From positions 1 through 49,110 of the forward strand of contig CAMYWN010000001.1 of the NCBI GenBank assembly GCA_947302765.1: a stretch of 49,110 bases of DNA, in the 5' to 3' direction. Made by a program: the position numbers and the translations under genes. Every line of letters starts with the position of its first letter. The first letter of the stretch is position 1. Positions 39,126-48,891 of this stretch are shown here, in pieces. Under the pieces are notes generated by a model. That model made no database searches and was not told where the DNA came from. It worked only from the letters and a program-made list of their open reading frames with translations. The stretch comes from an uncultured Candidatus Saccharibacteria bacterium. Lineage in GTDB: Bacteria; Patescibacteriota; Saccharimonadia; Saccharimonadales; Saccharimonadaceae.

Positions 39126-39943
39126 TATACCTCCTCCGCGAAGAATTTTGAGCGTTTACGGAAAACGAGGGCGCCGATAGCTAGAAGGGTAAGAGTAATA
39201 AAGAGTGGGAGAAATTTCCAAATGAATGTCTGCTCACCAACATAGTTCCATGTAGTGATAGTTTGGTCGGTAATGAGAAGATAACGGATGTCTTGGATGG
39301 CTTGAGAGATGGGGTTTAAGAGGATGATTTTGGCGGCAGTGACGCTAGTTTCTGCGACCATCGTAATTGGGTAAATAATGGGGACGGCGTAAAAAAGAGC
39401 TTGGGTAAGGACTTCCCAAATGGAGGTAATGTCGCGGTATTTGACATTGATGGAGCCGAGGAAGAAAGCGATACCTAAGGATAGAAGATAAAGTTCGAAG
39501 ATGGGTAAGAATACAAGGAACCAAGACCAACTGGGTGTAACGCCATTGATGAGAGCAAATAATACAATAACAACTAGGTTAATCAGCATGTTGATGACGG
39601 CGGTCCAGGTAGCAGAGACGACGACGATGTATTTGGGAAAGCTGATTTTGCGAAGAAGGTCGCCGCGATTAACGATGGCTTGGATGCCTTGCGATGTACA
39701 CTCAGTAAAGAAGCTCCACATGGTGGTGCCACAAAGTAGATAGACTGGATAATGAGGAATGTCGCCACCGATTCTAAGCAGCTTGACGAAAACAAGATAA
39801 AGAATAGCAAACATCATGAGTGGGCGAAGGAGAGCCCATAAATAGCCTAAAACAGAACCCTGATAGCGGAGCTTGAAGTCCGTTTTAGTGAGCTCTTTTA
39901 AGAGGATGCGATTTCTGCGATTTAATACGCGTGGAATTCCCAT
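39125..39943 (-). CDS. wzm: Polysaccharide ABC exporter permease (Wzm/TagG-like)
   Basis: DFKLRYQGSVLGYLWALLRPL, YRD, FYAVPIIYP, LNP, FAEEV; ATG 39943 after TGCTAAAAT. Confidence 0.92.
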   Translation of the reverse strand: MGIPRVLNRRNRILLKELTKTDFKLRYQGSVLGYLWALLRPLMMFAILYLVFVKLLRIGGDIPHYPVYLLCGTTMWSFFTECTSQGIQAIVNRGDLLRKISFPKYIVVVSATWTAVINMLINLVVIVLFALINGVTPSWSWFLVFLPIFELYLLSLGIAFFLGSINVKYRDITSIWEVLTQALFYAVPIIYPITMVAETSVTAAKIILLNPISQAIQDIRYLLITDQTITTWNYVGEQTFIWKFLPLFITLTLLAIGALVFRKRSKFFAEEV

Positions 39944-39966
39944 ATGTATAACTATTTTAGCATATT

Positions 39967-40815
39967 TTATGGTTTTGCGCGATGCTTGGAGCGGAGGAAG
40001 GAGATGCGCCAGCGGAGATGAACTAGGTGAAGCCAGAATCTTTCTCTTATATTGGGGTTGGGGCCGAGCCAAGATTTGAGATTTTGGTAGGCGGTTTGCC
40101 AGTTTTTCCATTGAATAGCGGTGGAATTAATGGTACTGGTTTCGGTGCCAAAGTTGTAGATATAGAGGGGCGACAGTACAAAAACTGGATTGCCAGATGC
40201 TTTGGCTAGATAATCGAGGACAAATTTGGTGTCTTCGGCGAAATTGAGCTTAGTATCAAAACGAAGTTTGGTGGCGATTTTGGCGTGATAGAGTTTGTTT
40301 ACGGACGAATACATGCGGCCATCTATGGCGAGTAGGTATAAGAGATAGGCTTTAAGGGATTCGGGTTTACGGTGGGGGCGTAGTTGGCTAATATAAACGT
40401 TCTCGGCGGTGTTAGTTTTAAGACGTTTGTAATGCATACCACAGACGGAAAGAGATGCGTTGGAGTTTGCTAAGGGAGCGAAGAGTTCTTTGATGAAGGT
40501 AGGTTCGATTTCGTCATCGGAATCGAGGAAGCTAACATACTCACCTTTTACCATGGTAAGGCCGAGGTTACGAGCGGCAGATTGCCCTTGGTTTTTTTGA
40601 TGAATTACTTTAATGCGAGGGTCTTTTTTGGCGTAGTTATCTGCTATTTGGCCAGAGTGATCTGTGGAGCCGTCGTCGATAAGAATAATCTCGAGATTTT
40701 GGTAGGTCTGGGCGATGATGGAGTCAAGACAAGCGGGGAGATATCTTGCGGTATTATAAATCGGGACGATGATTGAGACGAGTGGTTGAGTGGGCAAAGG
40801 GTTTGGTTTTTTCAT
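39967..40815 (-). CDS. GT2 glycosyltransferase
   Basis: VSIIVPIYN, IDDGSTD, NQGQSAARN, FLDSDD, AED. Confidence 0.93.
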   Translation of the reverse strand: MKKPNPLPTQPLVSIIVPIYNTARYLPACLDSIIAQTYQNLEIILIDDGSTDHSGQIADNYAKKDPRIKVIHQKNQGQSAARNLGLTMVKGEYVSFLDSDDEIEPTFIKELFAPLANSNASLSVCGMHYKRLKTNTAENVYISQLRPHRKPESLKAYLLYLLAIDGRMYSSVNKLYHAKIATKLRFDTKLNFAEDTKFVLDYLAKASGNPVFVLSPLYIYNFGTETSTINSTAIQWKNWQTAYQNLKSWLGPNPNIRERFWLHLVHLRWRISFLRSKHRAKP

Positions 40816-40867
40816 GATTTGATTATATCATTTTTGAGGAAATGGGTTATTGTGTAATGCTGGATGA

Positions 40868-40968
40868 TTTTTGGAAGACGAAGCGGTCATGGAAAAGGAA
40901 ATTATTATTTCTGGCGGAGATTACGGCTTCTTTTTTTGGAAGACGAAGCGGTCGTAGAAAAGGAAATT
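40868..40968. repeat. Imperfect 36-bp direct repeat duplicating the 3' end of the GtrA-like gene
   Basis: TTTTTGGAAGACGAAGCGGTCATGGAAAAGGAAATT (40868-40903) vs TTTTTGGAAGACGAAGCGGTCGTAGAAAAGGAAATT (40933-40968), 2 mismatches. Confidence 0.85.
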
Positions 40969-41451
40969 GAGAATCATGATGACAATGGAGTTAAGGGCGA
41001 AAGCGCCAGTGGTAAGAATGAATTCATAGGGAAATGGAAGATGGAGAGCACTACTGATATTGTAGGCAAAATCGTAGAGTGGGGTGAGCATGCCGAAAAG
41101 CTGGGTGAGACTAGGAGCGATGAGAAATGCAAGTAGAGCATTCCAGACAAAGAAGCGGATGATTGCAGCTTTGGTAACATGACGCTCTTTCCAAGTGATT
41201 TTGGAATGCGCAATGTAAGCTACGATGGTAGTAAGAGCGGTGGCAATTAGGTTGGAGAGCCAAAGGAGGTTATTATCGTCAATGAGGATATTGGAAATAA
41301 TGGCAAAAAGTGTGTAGTTAAATAATGTTATTCCGAGGCCGACGAAAAAATATCTGGTAGCATGTTTGGAGGTTTTGACGTCATTGGGGCTTTTGGGGTC
41401 CTTGCTTGTGACGCCATGGATGCTATTTGATTTTTGTTCTTCGGATTCCAT
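40921..41451 (-). CDS. GtrA-family membrane protein
   Basis: RYFFVGLGITLFN, SNLIA, ITW, RFF, NFLFYDRFVF; about 4 TM helices. Confidence 0.85.
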   Translation of the reverse strand: MESEEQKSNSIHGVTSKDPKSPNDVKTSKHATRYFFVGLGITLFNYTLFAIISNILIDDNNLLWLSNLIATALTTIVAYIAHSKITWKERHVTKAAIIRFFVWNALLAFLIAPSLTQLFGMLTPLYDFAYNISSALHLPFPYEFILTTGAFALNSIVIMILNFLFYDRFVFQKKKP

Positions 41452-41551
41452 AGGATTATTTTAGCATATTAAATCCTCTTGCGTTTTTTGTAGTTCTATG
41501 TATAATAAAGCGTATAAAAGGTCATACATAAAATAAAAAGAAGGTTTATAA

Positions 41552-43540
41552 ATGAAAACAAAAACAAAAACCTTGGTTGGTCTTAGCGTAATGTTTTTTG
41601 CTTGTAGCTTTGGTTTGAGCAGCAATGAAGTGCTTGCTCACGATATTTCGCTAAACACTAGTGGGCCAATTAATATTAATGTGCGGGGTGACGATGGGAA
41701 TGCGGTAGTAAGTAGTGACAGCATCTCTGTAACTACATCTTGTAGATCTGGTTATAATTTTGTGATTTCTTCTTCCGTGAATGATAACAATCTATATTTA
41801 GATGGGGATGAGACAAATAACGCTGCGGGAACTTACTTTGCGCCAGTTGACGGGACTAGTACGCTAGCGAATACGGTTAATAGTTGGGGATATTACTATG
41901 ATGCTACAAATACTCCTACTACGGCGAGTGTTTTTTCGGCTGTACCAACACTAGGGAATAGTGCAGTAATTAGAGCACCATTAGAGATACCAAGTGAGAC
42001 CAACATTAGTGATAACTTTAGTATCTACTATGGAGTATCCGTATCCGACACGATGAAGTCTGGAGTCTATACGATGCTTCCTGACACTAATGCGAATGGC
42101 AATGCAGGATCTATAGTATACCAGGCTACCATTGCGGATGCCTGTATGCGTTACACGGTGAACTTTGATCCGACTGACACTTATACTGGTTCGGCGGTAA
42201 CTGGGACTGGTACTATGACAAGTCAATCTATTTATGAAGGTGTAGCCACTACGCTAAATAGTAATAACTTTACCGCTCCGACTGGATACGGGTTTGTTGG
42301 ATGGAATACAGCCCAGGACGGTAGTGGAACTACATACGCAAATGGGGCTAGCGTGACAGATCTAGCTCTTGCAGGGGAGAGTGTAACGCTCTATGCGATG
42401 TGGTCGGACTGTGCTAATGGTATTTGCTATCAGCAGAATGGAGAAGACGTGGTGGGTACGATGGGGAAGCAAACCGTTACGGCGGATACGGCTGCACCGT
42501 TACTTGCTTCAAACTTTAGTAGAACTGGTTACGGGTTTGCAGGGTGGAGCGATGTACCGGATTATGAGACGAACCAAGATGCGCATTTCTACGGTCCGAT
42601 GGAAGATTATACAGCTTCAGCAAGCGCTTTGGCGCGTGGGGTAAAGCTTTATGCTGTATGGGTAGCGTCGGCCGGGAGTTTACAAGATACAAACAAAGTG
42701 GCGGAGTTATGTGGTACGGGAGCAAATGCATTACAGACCGCTCCTACTGACGGAACTGCTAACCTCTCTTCTGTATCCGCCCTCACAGACCAAAGAGACA
42801 ACCAAACCTACGCTATTGCTAAACTAGCTGATGGTAAATGCTGGATGATAGAAAACCTCAGACTAGACAACCAATACACAGTAGGAAACAACCAAACTGA
42901 TTCAACAGTCACTAACGCCTCCCTATCTCAGGGCTATAACCCTAGCTTTATAGGTCTAGCTGACCCAGAATCCGCTAATTTCTCTGACTCTACTACTGCA
43001 AATAGCCTATATACTACCGAAACAGACGTAGAAGGTAAGAATACTATCTCGGGTGATGATTTAAGCTACAGATTCCCGCGCTACAATAACAATAACACTA
43101 GCCAAAGAGCAGCAAATACCACTAATACTAACGTAAATACATACAGCTATGGTAACTATTACACCTGGCACGCAGTAATTGCCGATACTACACACTACAC
43201 TAGCGGAGATCATAACACTACATCTATCTGTCCTACTGGCTGGCATATACCTACTGGAAACACAAATGGAGAGTACTACGTACTTAATACCAATGCAAAC
43301 TCCGGTGCTACTGACACGAGTACAGGTCTAAGAAGCTATCCTACTAACTTCCTCTACTCTGGCTACTTCAATACTTCGTCAGCTTACTATAGGGGTAGCG
43401 GCGGCAGCTATTGGTCCTCCACGGCGTACGGTGCTAACCGTTCGTACTATCTGAGCCTGAGTAGTACGTACGTAGGTCTAGGTACGGATTACTACAGTAA
43501 AAGCTACGGCAACGCTGCTAGGTGCGTAGCTGGTCAGTAG
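41552..43540 (+). CDS. Surface protein: signal peptide, two InlB-B/Listeria-Bacteroides repeats, C-terminal FISUMP (Fibrobacter succinogenes major paralogous) domain
   Basis: GYGFVGWNTAQDGSG...LYAMW and GYGFAGWS...LYAVW; D.RDNQTY...L.DG.CWM.ENL, YGNYYTW, ICPTGWHIPT, YWSST, RCV. Confidence 0.88.
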   Translation: MKTKTKTLVGLSVMFFACSFGLSSNEVLAHDISLNTSGPININVRGDDGNAVVSSDSISVTTSCRSGYNFVISSSVNDNNLYLDGDETNNAAGTYFAPVDGTSTLANTVNSWGYYYDATNTPTTASVFSAVPTLGNSAVIRAPLEIPSETNISDNFSIYYGVSVSDTMKSGVYTMLPDTNANGNAGSIVYQATIADACMRYTVNFDPTDTYTGSAVTGTGTMTSQSIYEGVATTLNSNNFTAPTGYGFVGWNTAQDGSGTTYANGASVTDLALAGESVTLYAMWSDCANGICYQQNGEDVVGTMGKQTVTADTAAPLLASNFSRTGYGFAGWSDVPDYETNQDAHFYGPMEDYTASASALARGVKLYAVWVASAGSLQDTNKVAELCGTGANALQTAPTDGTANLSSVSALTDQRDNQTYAIAKLADGKCWMIENLRLDNQYTVGNNQTDSTVTNASLSQGYNPSFIGLADPESANFSDSTTANSLYTTETDVEGKNTISGDDLSYRFPRYNNNNTSQRAANTTNTNVNTYSYGNYYTWHAVIADTTHYTSGDHNTTSICPTGWHIPTGNTNGEYYVLNTNANSGATDTSTGLRSYPTNFLYSGYFNTSSAYYRGSGGSYWSSTAYGANRSYYLSLSSTYVGLGTDYYSKSYGNAARCVAGQ

Positions 43541-43825
43541 TAGGTCTTTATCTTCAGCTTGTCGATACGTACTCTAGAAATATGGTAAAGTGAGAATTTG
43601 GAGTAAGATGTTATTGCAGTGGGTGAAGTTTACGAAGGGTAAGACTAGCATTAACTACCTTGCAAGTGAAACGATTGGGGAAAGAAAAATTCTCATTTGC
43701 GACAGACTTTACGGGGGTAGACGAAATTCAAAATATTTAGTATAATATATGCGTTAAAAAGTGAATTGGTGGTGTTTTTGGCATTTTCTAACGAAAATGC
43801 TAAGTTACTCCTAAAGAGGTATAAT

Positions 43826-46723
43826 ATGGAAAATGAGATTTTTGGGAATGAAAATGTGATTAAAGTGCGGGGGGCACGACAGAATAATCTGCGAAATCTT
43901 GACGTAGATATTCCGCGCGATAAACTCGTGATTATTACGGGGTTGTCTGGGTCTGGGAAGTCGTCACTGGCCTTCGACACGGTTTATGCGGAAGGGCAGA
44001 GGAGATATGTAGAATCTTTGTCATCTTATGCGAGGATGTTTCTTGGGGTTATGGATAAGCCGGATGTGGACTCGATTACTGGCCTTAGCCCAGCGATATC
44101 GATTGACCAAAAATCTACATCGAGGAATCCACGTTCTACGGTAGCTACGGTAACGGAAGTTTATGATTATTTGAGATTACTATTTGCGCGGGTAGGGGTA
44201 CCACATTGTCCAATCTGCCACAAAAAAGTGAGCCGCAGGAGTGTGGAAGATATCGTGAATGAAGTTCTGAAACTACCGCTTGGGTCGAAGTGTATGTTGC
44301 TTGCGCCGATTGTGGCGGCAAAGAAGGGCGAATTCCAACATTTGCCGGAACAATATGCTATGAAGGGGTTTTCGCGCGTGAGGGTGGACGGCATTATCTA
44401 TGCATTAGATGAGTTTCCAGAACTGAATAAAAACGAAAGACATAATATTGAAATTGTCGTGGATAGATTTGTGCTGTCACCGGAAATCAAGTCGCGGATT
44501 GCTGGCTCAATTGAGCAGGCGCTTGAAATGGGACAGGGGATTATGCAATTGCTCCGTGTGACGGATAATGCGACAGCAGTAGGAGAGACAAGGATTGGGG
44601 CGGGAAATTCGGAAGTGTTAACCTATTCGCAGAGGTATGCATGTCCTGATCATCCGGACGAATTGATACCGGAACTAACGCCGAGATTATTTTCTTTTAA
44701 TGCACCAGAAGGAGCGTGCCCGACTTGTACGGGGTTAGGGACGAGGATGGAGATAGACCCAGGGCTGGTGTTTAATAATAATTTGACGATAGCGGAAGGG
44801 GGAATTCGGCCGTTTAATAGAGTGGGGCAGGATTCGTGGTGGCTGAAGAGATTGATGGCGGTAGGAGTAAAGCATAATTTTAATGTATATACGCCGATTG
44901 GAGAATTATCCGAAGAAGTACGACATATGATTTTGTATGGGACGGGGGAAGAGAAGTATGAAATGAAGATATCGGGGTCGGGTAGATTTGCGGATGGAAC
45001 GAAATACGAGACGACCTATGAAGGTGTAATCCCGATGTTGGAGCGCAGATATCATGACCCGAAGGTGTCGGATTTTACAAAGCATGATATTGAGAGATTT
45101 ATGCGGGTGAGGAAATGCCAGACCTGTAATGGGGCGAGGTTGAAACCGTCCGTGCTTGCGGTTACAGTGCACGATCTAAATATTGTGGATATGTGTAATC
45201 TTGATGTGGACGCTACGCTGGAAGTCTTAGCGCAGGATTTAGGATTTTCGAAAGAGGAAGAGCAGATTAGCGGGCCGATTCTAAAGGAAATCCGAGAAAG
45301 AGTGCAGTTTATGCAAGATGTGGGGCTGGGATATCTGGAACTTGGGCGAGCGGCAAATACTTTGAGCGGCGGGGAAGCACAGAGGATTAGACTAGCAACA
45401 CAGATTGGGTCGGGACTTCAAGGAGTTCTATACGTTCTAGATGAACCATCAATTGGGTTACACCAGAGAGATAATGATAAGTTGATTGCTACTTTGAAGC
45501 ATTTGAGAGACTTGCGAAATACCGTACTAGTAGTGGAGCATGACGAGGATACAATGCTAGCGTCGGATTATATTATTGATATTGGGCCGGGAGCTGGGGC
45601 AAGAGGTGGGAAGCTAGTTGCAGCCGGTACACCAGAAGAAGTGATGGCGAACCCGGATTCGATCACTGGAAAATATCTATCTGGAGAAATGACGATACCG
45701 GTACCAAAGAAGCGAAGAAAACCCAAGAAAGGTAAGGAGCTGGTAGTAGTGGGAGCGAGGGAGAATAACTTGAAGAATATTGATGTACATTTTCCGCTAG
45801 GAGTGTTTACAGTAGTATCTGGAGTGTCGGGTAGTGGTAAATCTACCTTGGTAAATTCAATATTAGCAAATGAATTGTTGGCACGACTTCATCGGGCACA
45901 GACTGTCTCTGGCACGCACGAGAGGATTGAGGGAATTGAAAATTTGAATAAGGTAATCGTGATAGATCAATCACCAATCGGGCGAACACCGAGATCAAAT
46001 CCGGCAACGTATACTGGAGTATTTACGGCGATCCGAGAATTATTTGCGGCGCAGCCGGAAGCGGAGATTCGCGGGTATAAAGCGGGGAGATTCTCATTTA
46101 ACGTGAAGGGTGGAAGATGTGAGCATTGTCAGGGAGACGGAGTAAATAAGATTGAGATGCATTTTTTGCCTGACGTGTATGTGACTTGTCCGGCTTGTCA
46201 TGGGCGAAGATATAATGCGGAAGCGCTAGAGGTAAAGTATAAAGGTAAAGATATTTCACAGGTGCTTGATATGACGATTGATGAGGCGGTAGAATTCTTT
46301 GGTTCGATCCCGGCGATTGTGGGGAAGCTTAAGACGATTCAGGAAGTAGGACTAGGTTACATTAGGCTAGGCCAGCCGGCGACAACGTTTTCAGGTGGAG
46401 AAGCACAGAGAATTAAGCTTGCGACGGAATTATCACGGCGCTCTACGGGGTGGACTCTATATATTCTGGATGAGCCGACGACGGGGTTACATTCGGATGA
46501 CGTGAAGAGGTTGCTTGGCATCTTGGGGCGACTGGTGGACGGGGGGAATACGATGATTGTAATTGAGCATAATTTGCATGTGATTAAATCGGCGGACTGG
46601 ATTATCGATATGGGGCCAGAGGGTGGGCTGAAGGGCGGTATGGTTTGCGCTGAGGGGACGCCGGAGGAACTTGCAAAATCGGCGAAAACTCCTACGGGTG
46701 AGTATCTGAGGAAATATTTATAA
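43826..46723 (+). CDS. uvrA: Excinuclease ABC subunit A
   Basis: [31 protein letters not shown], zinc fingers, two SGGEAQRI signatures, GVSGSGKS. Confidence 0.98.
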   Translation: MENEIFGNENVIKVRGARQNNLRNLDVDIPRDKLVIITGLSGSGKSSLAFDTVYAEGQRRYVESLSSYARMFLGVMDKPDVDSITGLSPAISIDQKSTSRNPRSTVATVTEVYDYLRLLFARVGVPHCPICHKKVSRRSVEDIVNEVLKLPLGSKCMLLAPIVAAKKGEFQHLPEQYAMKGFSRVRVDGIIYALDEFPELNKNERHNIEIVVDRFVLSPEIKSRIAGSIEQALEMGQGIMQLLRVTDNATAVGETRIGAGNSEVLTYSQRYACPDHPDELIPELTPRLFSFNAPEGACPTCTGLGTRMEIDPGLVFNNNLTIAEGGIRPFNRVGQDSWWLKRLMAVGVKHNFNVYTPIGELSEEVRHMILYGTGEEKYEMKISGSGRFADGTKYETTYEGVIPMLERRYHDPKVSDFTKHDIERFMRVRKCQTCNGARLKPSVLAVTVHDLNIVDMCNLDVDATLEVLAQDLGFSKEEEQISGPILKEIRERVQFMQDVGLGYLELGRAANTLSGGEAQRIRLATQIGSGLQGVLYVLDEPSIGLHQRDNDKLIATLKHLRDLRNTVLVVEHDEDTMLASDYIIDIGPGAGARGGKLVAAGTPEEVMANPDSITGKYLSGEMTIPVPKKRRKPKKGKELVVVGARENNLKNIDVHFPLGVFTVVSGVSGSGKSTLVNSILANELLARLHRAQTVSGTHERIEGIENLNKVIVIDQSPIGRTPRSNPATYTGVFTAIRELFAAQPEAEIRGYKAGRFSFNVKGGRCEHCQGDGVNKIEMHFLPDVYVTCPACHGRRYNAEALEVKYKGKDISQVLDMTIDEAVEFFGSIPAIVGKLKTIQEVGLGYIRLGQPATTFSGGEAQRIKLATELSRRSTGWTLYILDEPTTGLHSDDVKRLLGILGRLVDGGNTMIVIEHNLHVIKSADWIIDMGPEGGLKGGMVCAEGTPEELAKSAKTPTGEYLRKYL

Positions 46724-46749
46724 AAGGATTGAGTACCGTTAAATAGTTT

Positions 46750-47457
46750 ATGGCGTGGAAAAATGATCAGGTTTCGGAAGAGGAAACTGAGAAGATAATA
46801 AAACTGGCAAAGTCTGTGCTTGGGGTGGAGGGGGATTTTGTGGAGTTTGGGTGTTATAAGGGAGATACGTCGCTTGTGTTAGCTGAGCTCCTTCATCGTG
46901 ATGTTATGCTTCATCAAAAAGCGAGCCACTCTTCTAGTACGCGCGCTAAAGAAACCTTAAGCTCCCCTGTGGAAAATGATGTGGAAAACCATGTTGATAA
47001 AGTGGGTAAAACATGTGAAAAAAATGTGAAAAAAAATGGCTGCGAAAAACATCTAAGGAGGTTGTGGATTTATGACTCTTTTGAGGGTTTACCGGAGAAA
47101 AACATTGCAGACGAGTCAGTGCTTGGGGTAGACTTTAAGGAGGGGGAATTATTTGTGACGAAGAGAGAAGTGAAGGAGAGGTTTTTGCGGGCGGGGTTAC
47201 CGGTGCCAGTGATTAAAAAAGCGTGGTTTTGTGATTTGTCGGATGGAGACCTACCGGAAAAGATTGCTTTTGCGTTTTTGGACGGAGATTTTTATGAATC
47301 GATTCGAGATTCTCTGAAATTGGTAGGGCCCAGAATGAGTGGGGGCGGGGTGGTGATAGTACATGATTATACGAATCCGGCGCTTCCGGGAGTAAAAAAG
47401 GCGGTGGATGAGTGGGCTAAGGGGCGAGAGTTGGAGTATAAATTAGTTCTGTTGTGA
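46750..47457 (+). CDS. TylF/MycF (macrocin O-methyltransferase-like) SAM-dependent methyltransferase with an internal insertion
   Basis: VEGDFVEFGCYKG.TS, YDSFEGLP, WF, IAFAFLDGDFYES, GG...VHDY...PGVKKAVDE. Confidence 0.88.
   Translation: MAWKNDQVSEEETEKIIKLAKSVLGVEGDFVEFGCYKGDTSLVLAELLHRDVMLHQKASHSSSTRAKETLSSPVENDVENHVDKVGKTCEKNVKKNGCEKHLRRLWIYDSFEGLPEKNIADESVLGVDFKEGELFVTKREVKERFLRAGLPVPVIKKAWFCDLSDGDLPEKIAFAFLDGDFYESIRDSLKLVGPRMSGGGVVIVHDYTNPALPGVKKAVDEWAKGRELEYKLVLL
46968..47049 (+). repeat. Co-oriented array of DnaA-box-like 9-mers within the TylF-like CDS
   Basis: TGTGGAAAA 46968 and 46980, TGTTGATAA 46992, AGTGGGTAA 47001, TGTGAAAAA 47014 and 47025, TGCGAAAAA 47041. Confidence 0.7.
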
Positions 47458-47632
47458 TTTTTTGTGATGGCGAAGTGAAATTGATTCGGTGTAGACTAGA
47501 CTGAAGTTTATGTGGGTTGGTGGCCTTTGGTGTGGTTAGATTTGGTGTGTATTCTAGATGAGTATAATTGGTGTAGGTTGGGTATTGGTTAAGGATGTGT
47601 TGTGATATAATCTATGAAAAGGAGTTATTTTT

Positions 47633-48832
47633 ATGGCAATGACAAATATTACAAAAATTTTCTTAGTACTAAATTCTGGGTCTTCTTCGGAGAAGTTTTC
47701 ACTTTATGAAGGTGAAGACGAAGTATGCTCGCTATATTTTGAGGGGATTGAGGAGAATGGGATTAAGAAGTTTATTTGTACAATTACAAGGGCTGATGGT
47801 TCGGAAGAGGTGGTAGACAAGAAATGGGATTCGCTCGATGTGGCGTTTAAAGAAGCGAAGGCGATTTTTGAGAAGGAAGGGTTTATTAATGCCGCGCATC
47901 CGCTAGACGGAATTCTAGTACGCGTAGTGGCGGCGGGAAAATATTTCTCAAAGAACCATATTGTAGACGAAAAAACCTTTGAGGAGCTTGAAAAAGTGAG
48001 AGTAACGAATCCTCTACATGTACCTGGGACTGAGCGCGGGATTAAGAATGCTAAGGAAACCTTCCCGGATGTACCAGTGATGGTGATGAGTGATTCGGAG
48101 GCCCTGACTTGTGAGACGAGAAAAGACGCAGACTATGCTTTGCCGAAGGAGATAGTAGAAGAGTTTGATCTTGGACGCTGGGGAGCGCACGGTGCATCGT
48201 ATGGCTATATGATGGGAAGAATTCAGGAGCTGGGATTACTTGAGAAGAAGATGATTGTTTGCCATCTGGGCTCTGGGTGTTCGGTGACAGCATTAGAAGA
48301 CGGAAAGCCAGCCTACACTTCTATGGGTGAGACGCCGCTCGAGGGACTAATGTCTTCGACGAGGACTGGCTCAATTGACCCGACGGTAGGGGCTCTTCTT
48401 GGTGAGAAACTAGGTGCGGCTGAGGCGATTAAGCTGATGAATAAACAGTCTGGGCTTTTGGCGCTGGCTGGTTCGAATGATATGCGCGAGATAATCGCAG
48501 GGGCTGAGGAAGACCGAGTAGATGCGGCGCTGGCTTATAATATGTTTGTGGATGGTGTAGCGGGGAAGATCGGCGAGTTCGCAGCGAAGATGGGTGGAGT
48601 AGACGCGATTGTATTTACGGCGACGATCGGGGAGAGATCGATACCGGTAAGAAATTCGGTGATATCGAAACTTGAATTCATGGGCTTTAAGTTGAAAAAT
48701 GATGCAAAGATGGATAAGAGTAAGGGATATGCAAATATTGCAGAGGAAGGGTCGAAGCCGGTGTATGTGATCCCGACTAATGAGGCGGCATATATGATCA
48801 AGAAGGCGGCGGAGCTTTTGGACGCAGAATAA
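47633..48832 (+). CDS. ackA: Acetate kinase
   Basis: LVLNSGSSSEKF, PLH, GAHG.SY, CHLGSGCS, TSMG.TPLEGL..TR.GSIDP, DMR, VIPTNE; AAGGAG RBS. Confidence 0.93.
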   Translation: MAMTNITKIFLVLNSGSSSEKFSLYEGEDEVCSLYFEGIEENGIKKFICTITRADGSEEVVDKKWDSLDVAFKEAKAIFEKEGFINAAHPLDGILVRVVAAGKYFSKNHIVDEKTFEELEKVRVTNPLHVPGTERGIKNAKETFPDVPVMVMSDSEALTCETRKDADYALPKEIVEEFDLGRWGAHGASYGYMMGRIQELGLLEKKMIVCHLGSGCSVTALEDGKPAYTSMGETPLEGLMSSTRTGSIDPTVGALLGEKLGAAEAIKLMNKQSGLLALAGSNDMREIIAGAEEDRVDAALAYNMFVDGVAGKIGEFAAKMGGVDAIVFTATIGERSIPVRNSVISKLEFMGFKLKNDAKMDKSKGYANIAEEGSKPVYVIPTNEAAYMIKKAAELLDAE

Positions 48833-48861
48833 TACTTGTAATTATAATAGTTCTAATCCCT

Positions 48862-48891
48862 AATTTGTCGGGCTATGGCCCGACAAATTTT
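48862..48891 (+). terminator. Intrinsic terminator after ackA
   Basis: AATTTGTCGGGC-tatg-GCCCGACAAATT followed by T residues. Confidence 0.8.

Noticed and set aside
39944..40111. N-terminal extension of wzm in the ORF track
   Set aside because: Overlaps the upstream GT2 gene; a -10 element precedes ATG 39943 and Wzm-like sequence starts there.
43541..43825. DGR template repeat or IMH hairpin downstream of the FISUMP gene
   Set aside because: No AAC-rich copy of the variable region and no convincing GC-rich hairpin is visible.
48866..48885. TGTCGGGC in the ackA terminator matching the tRNA-Arg 3' end
   Set aside because: Only 8 nt and fully explained by the terminator stem.
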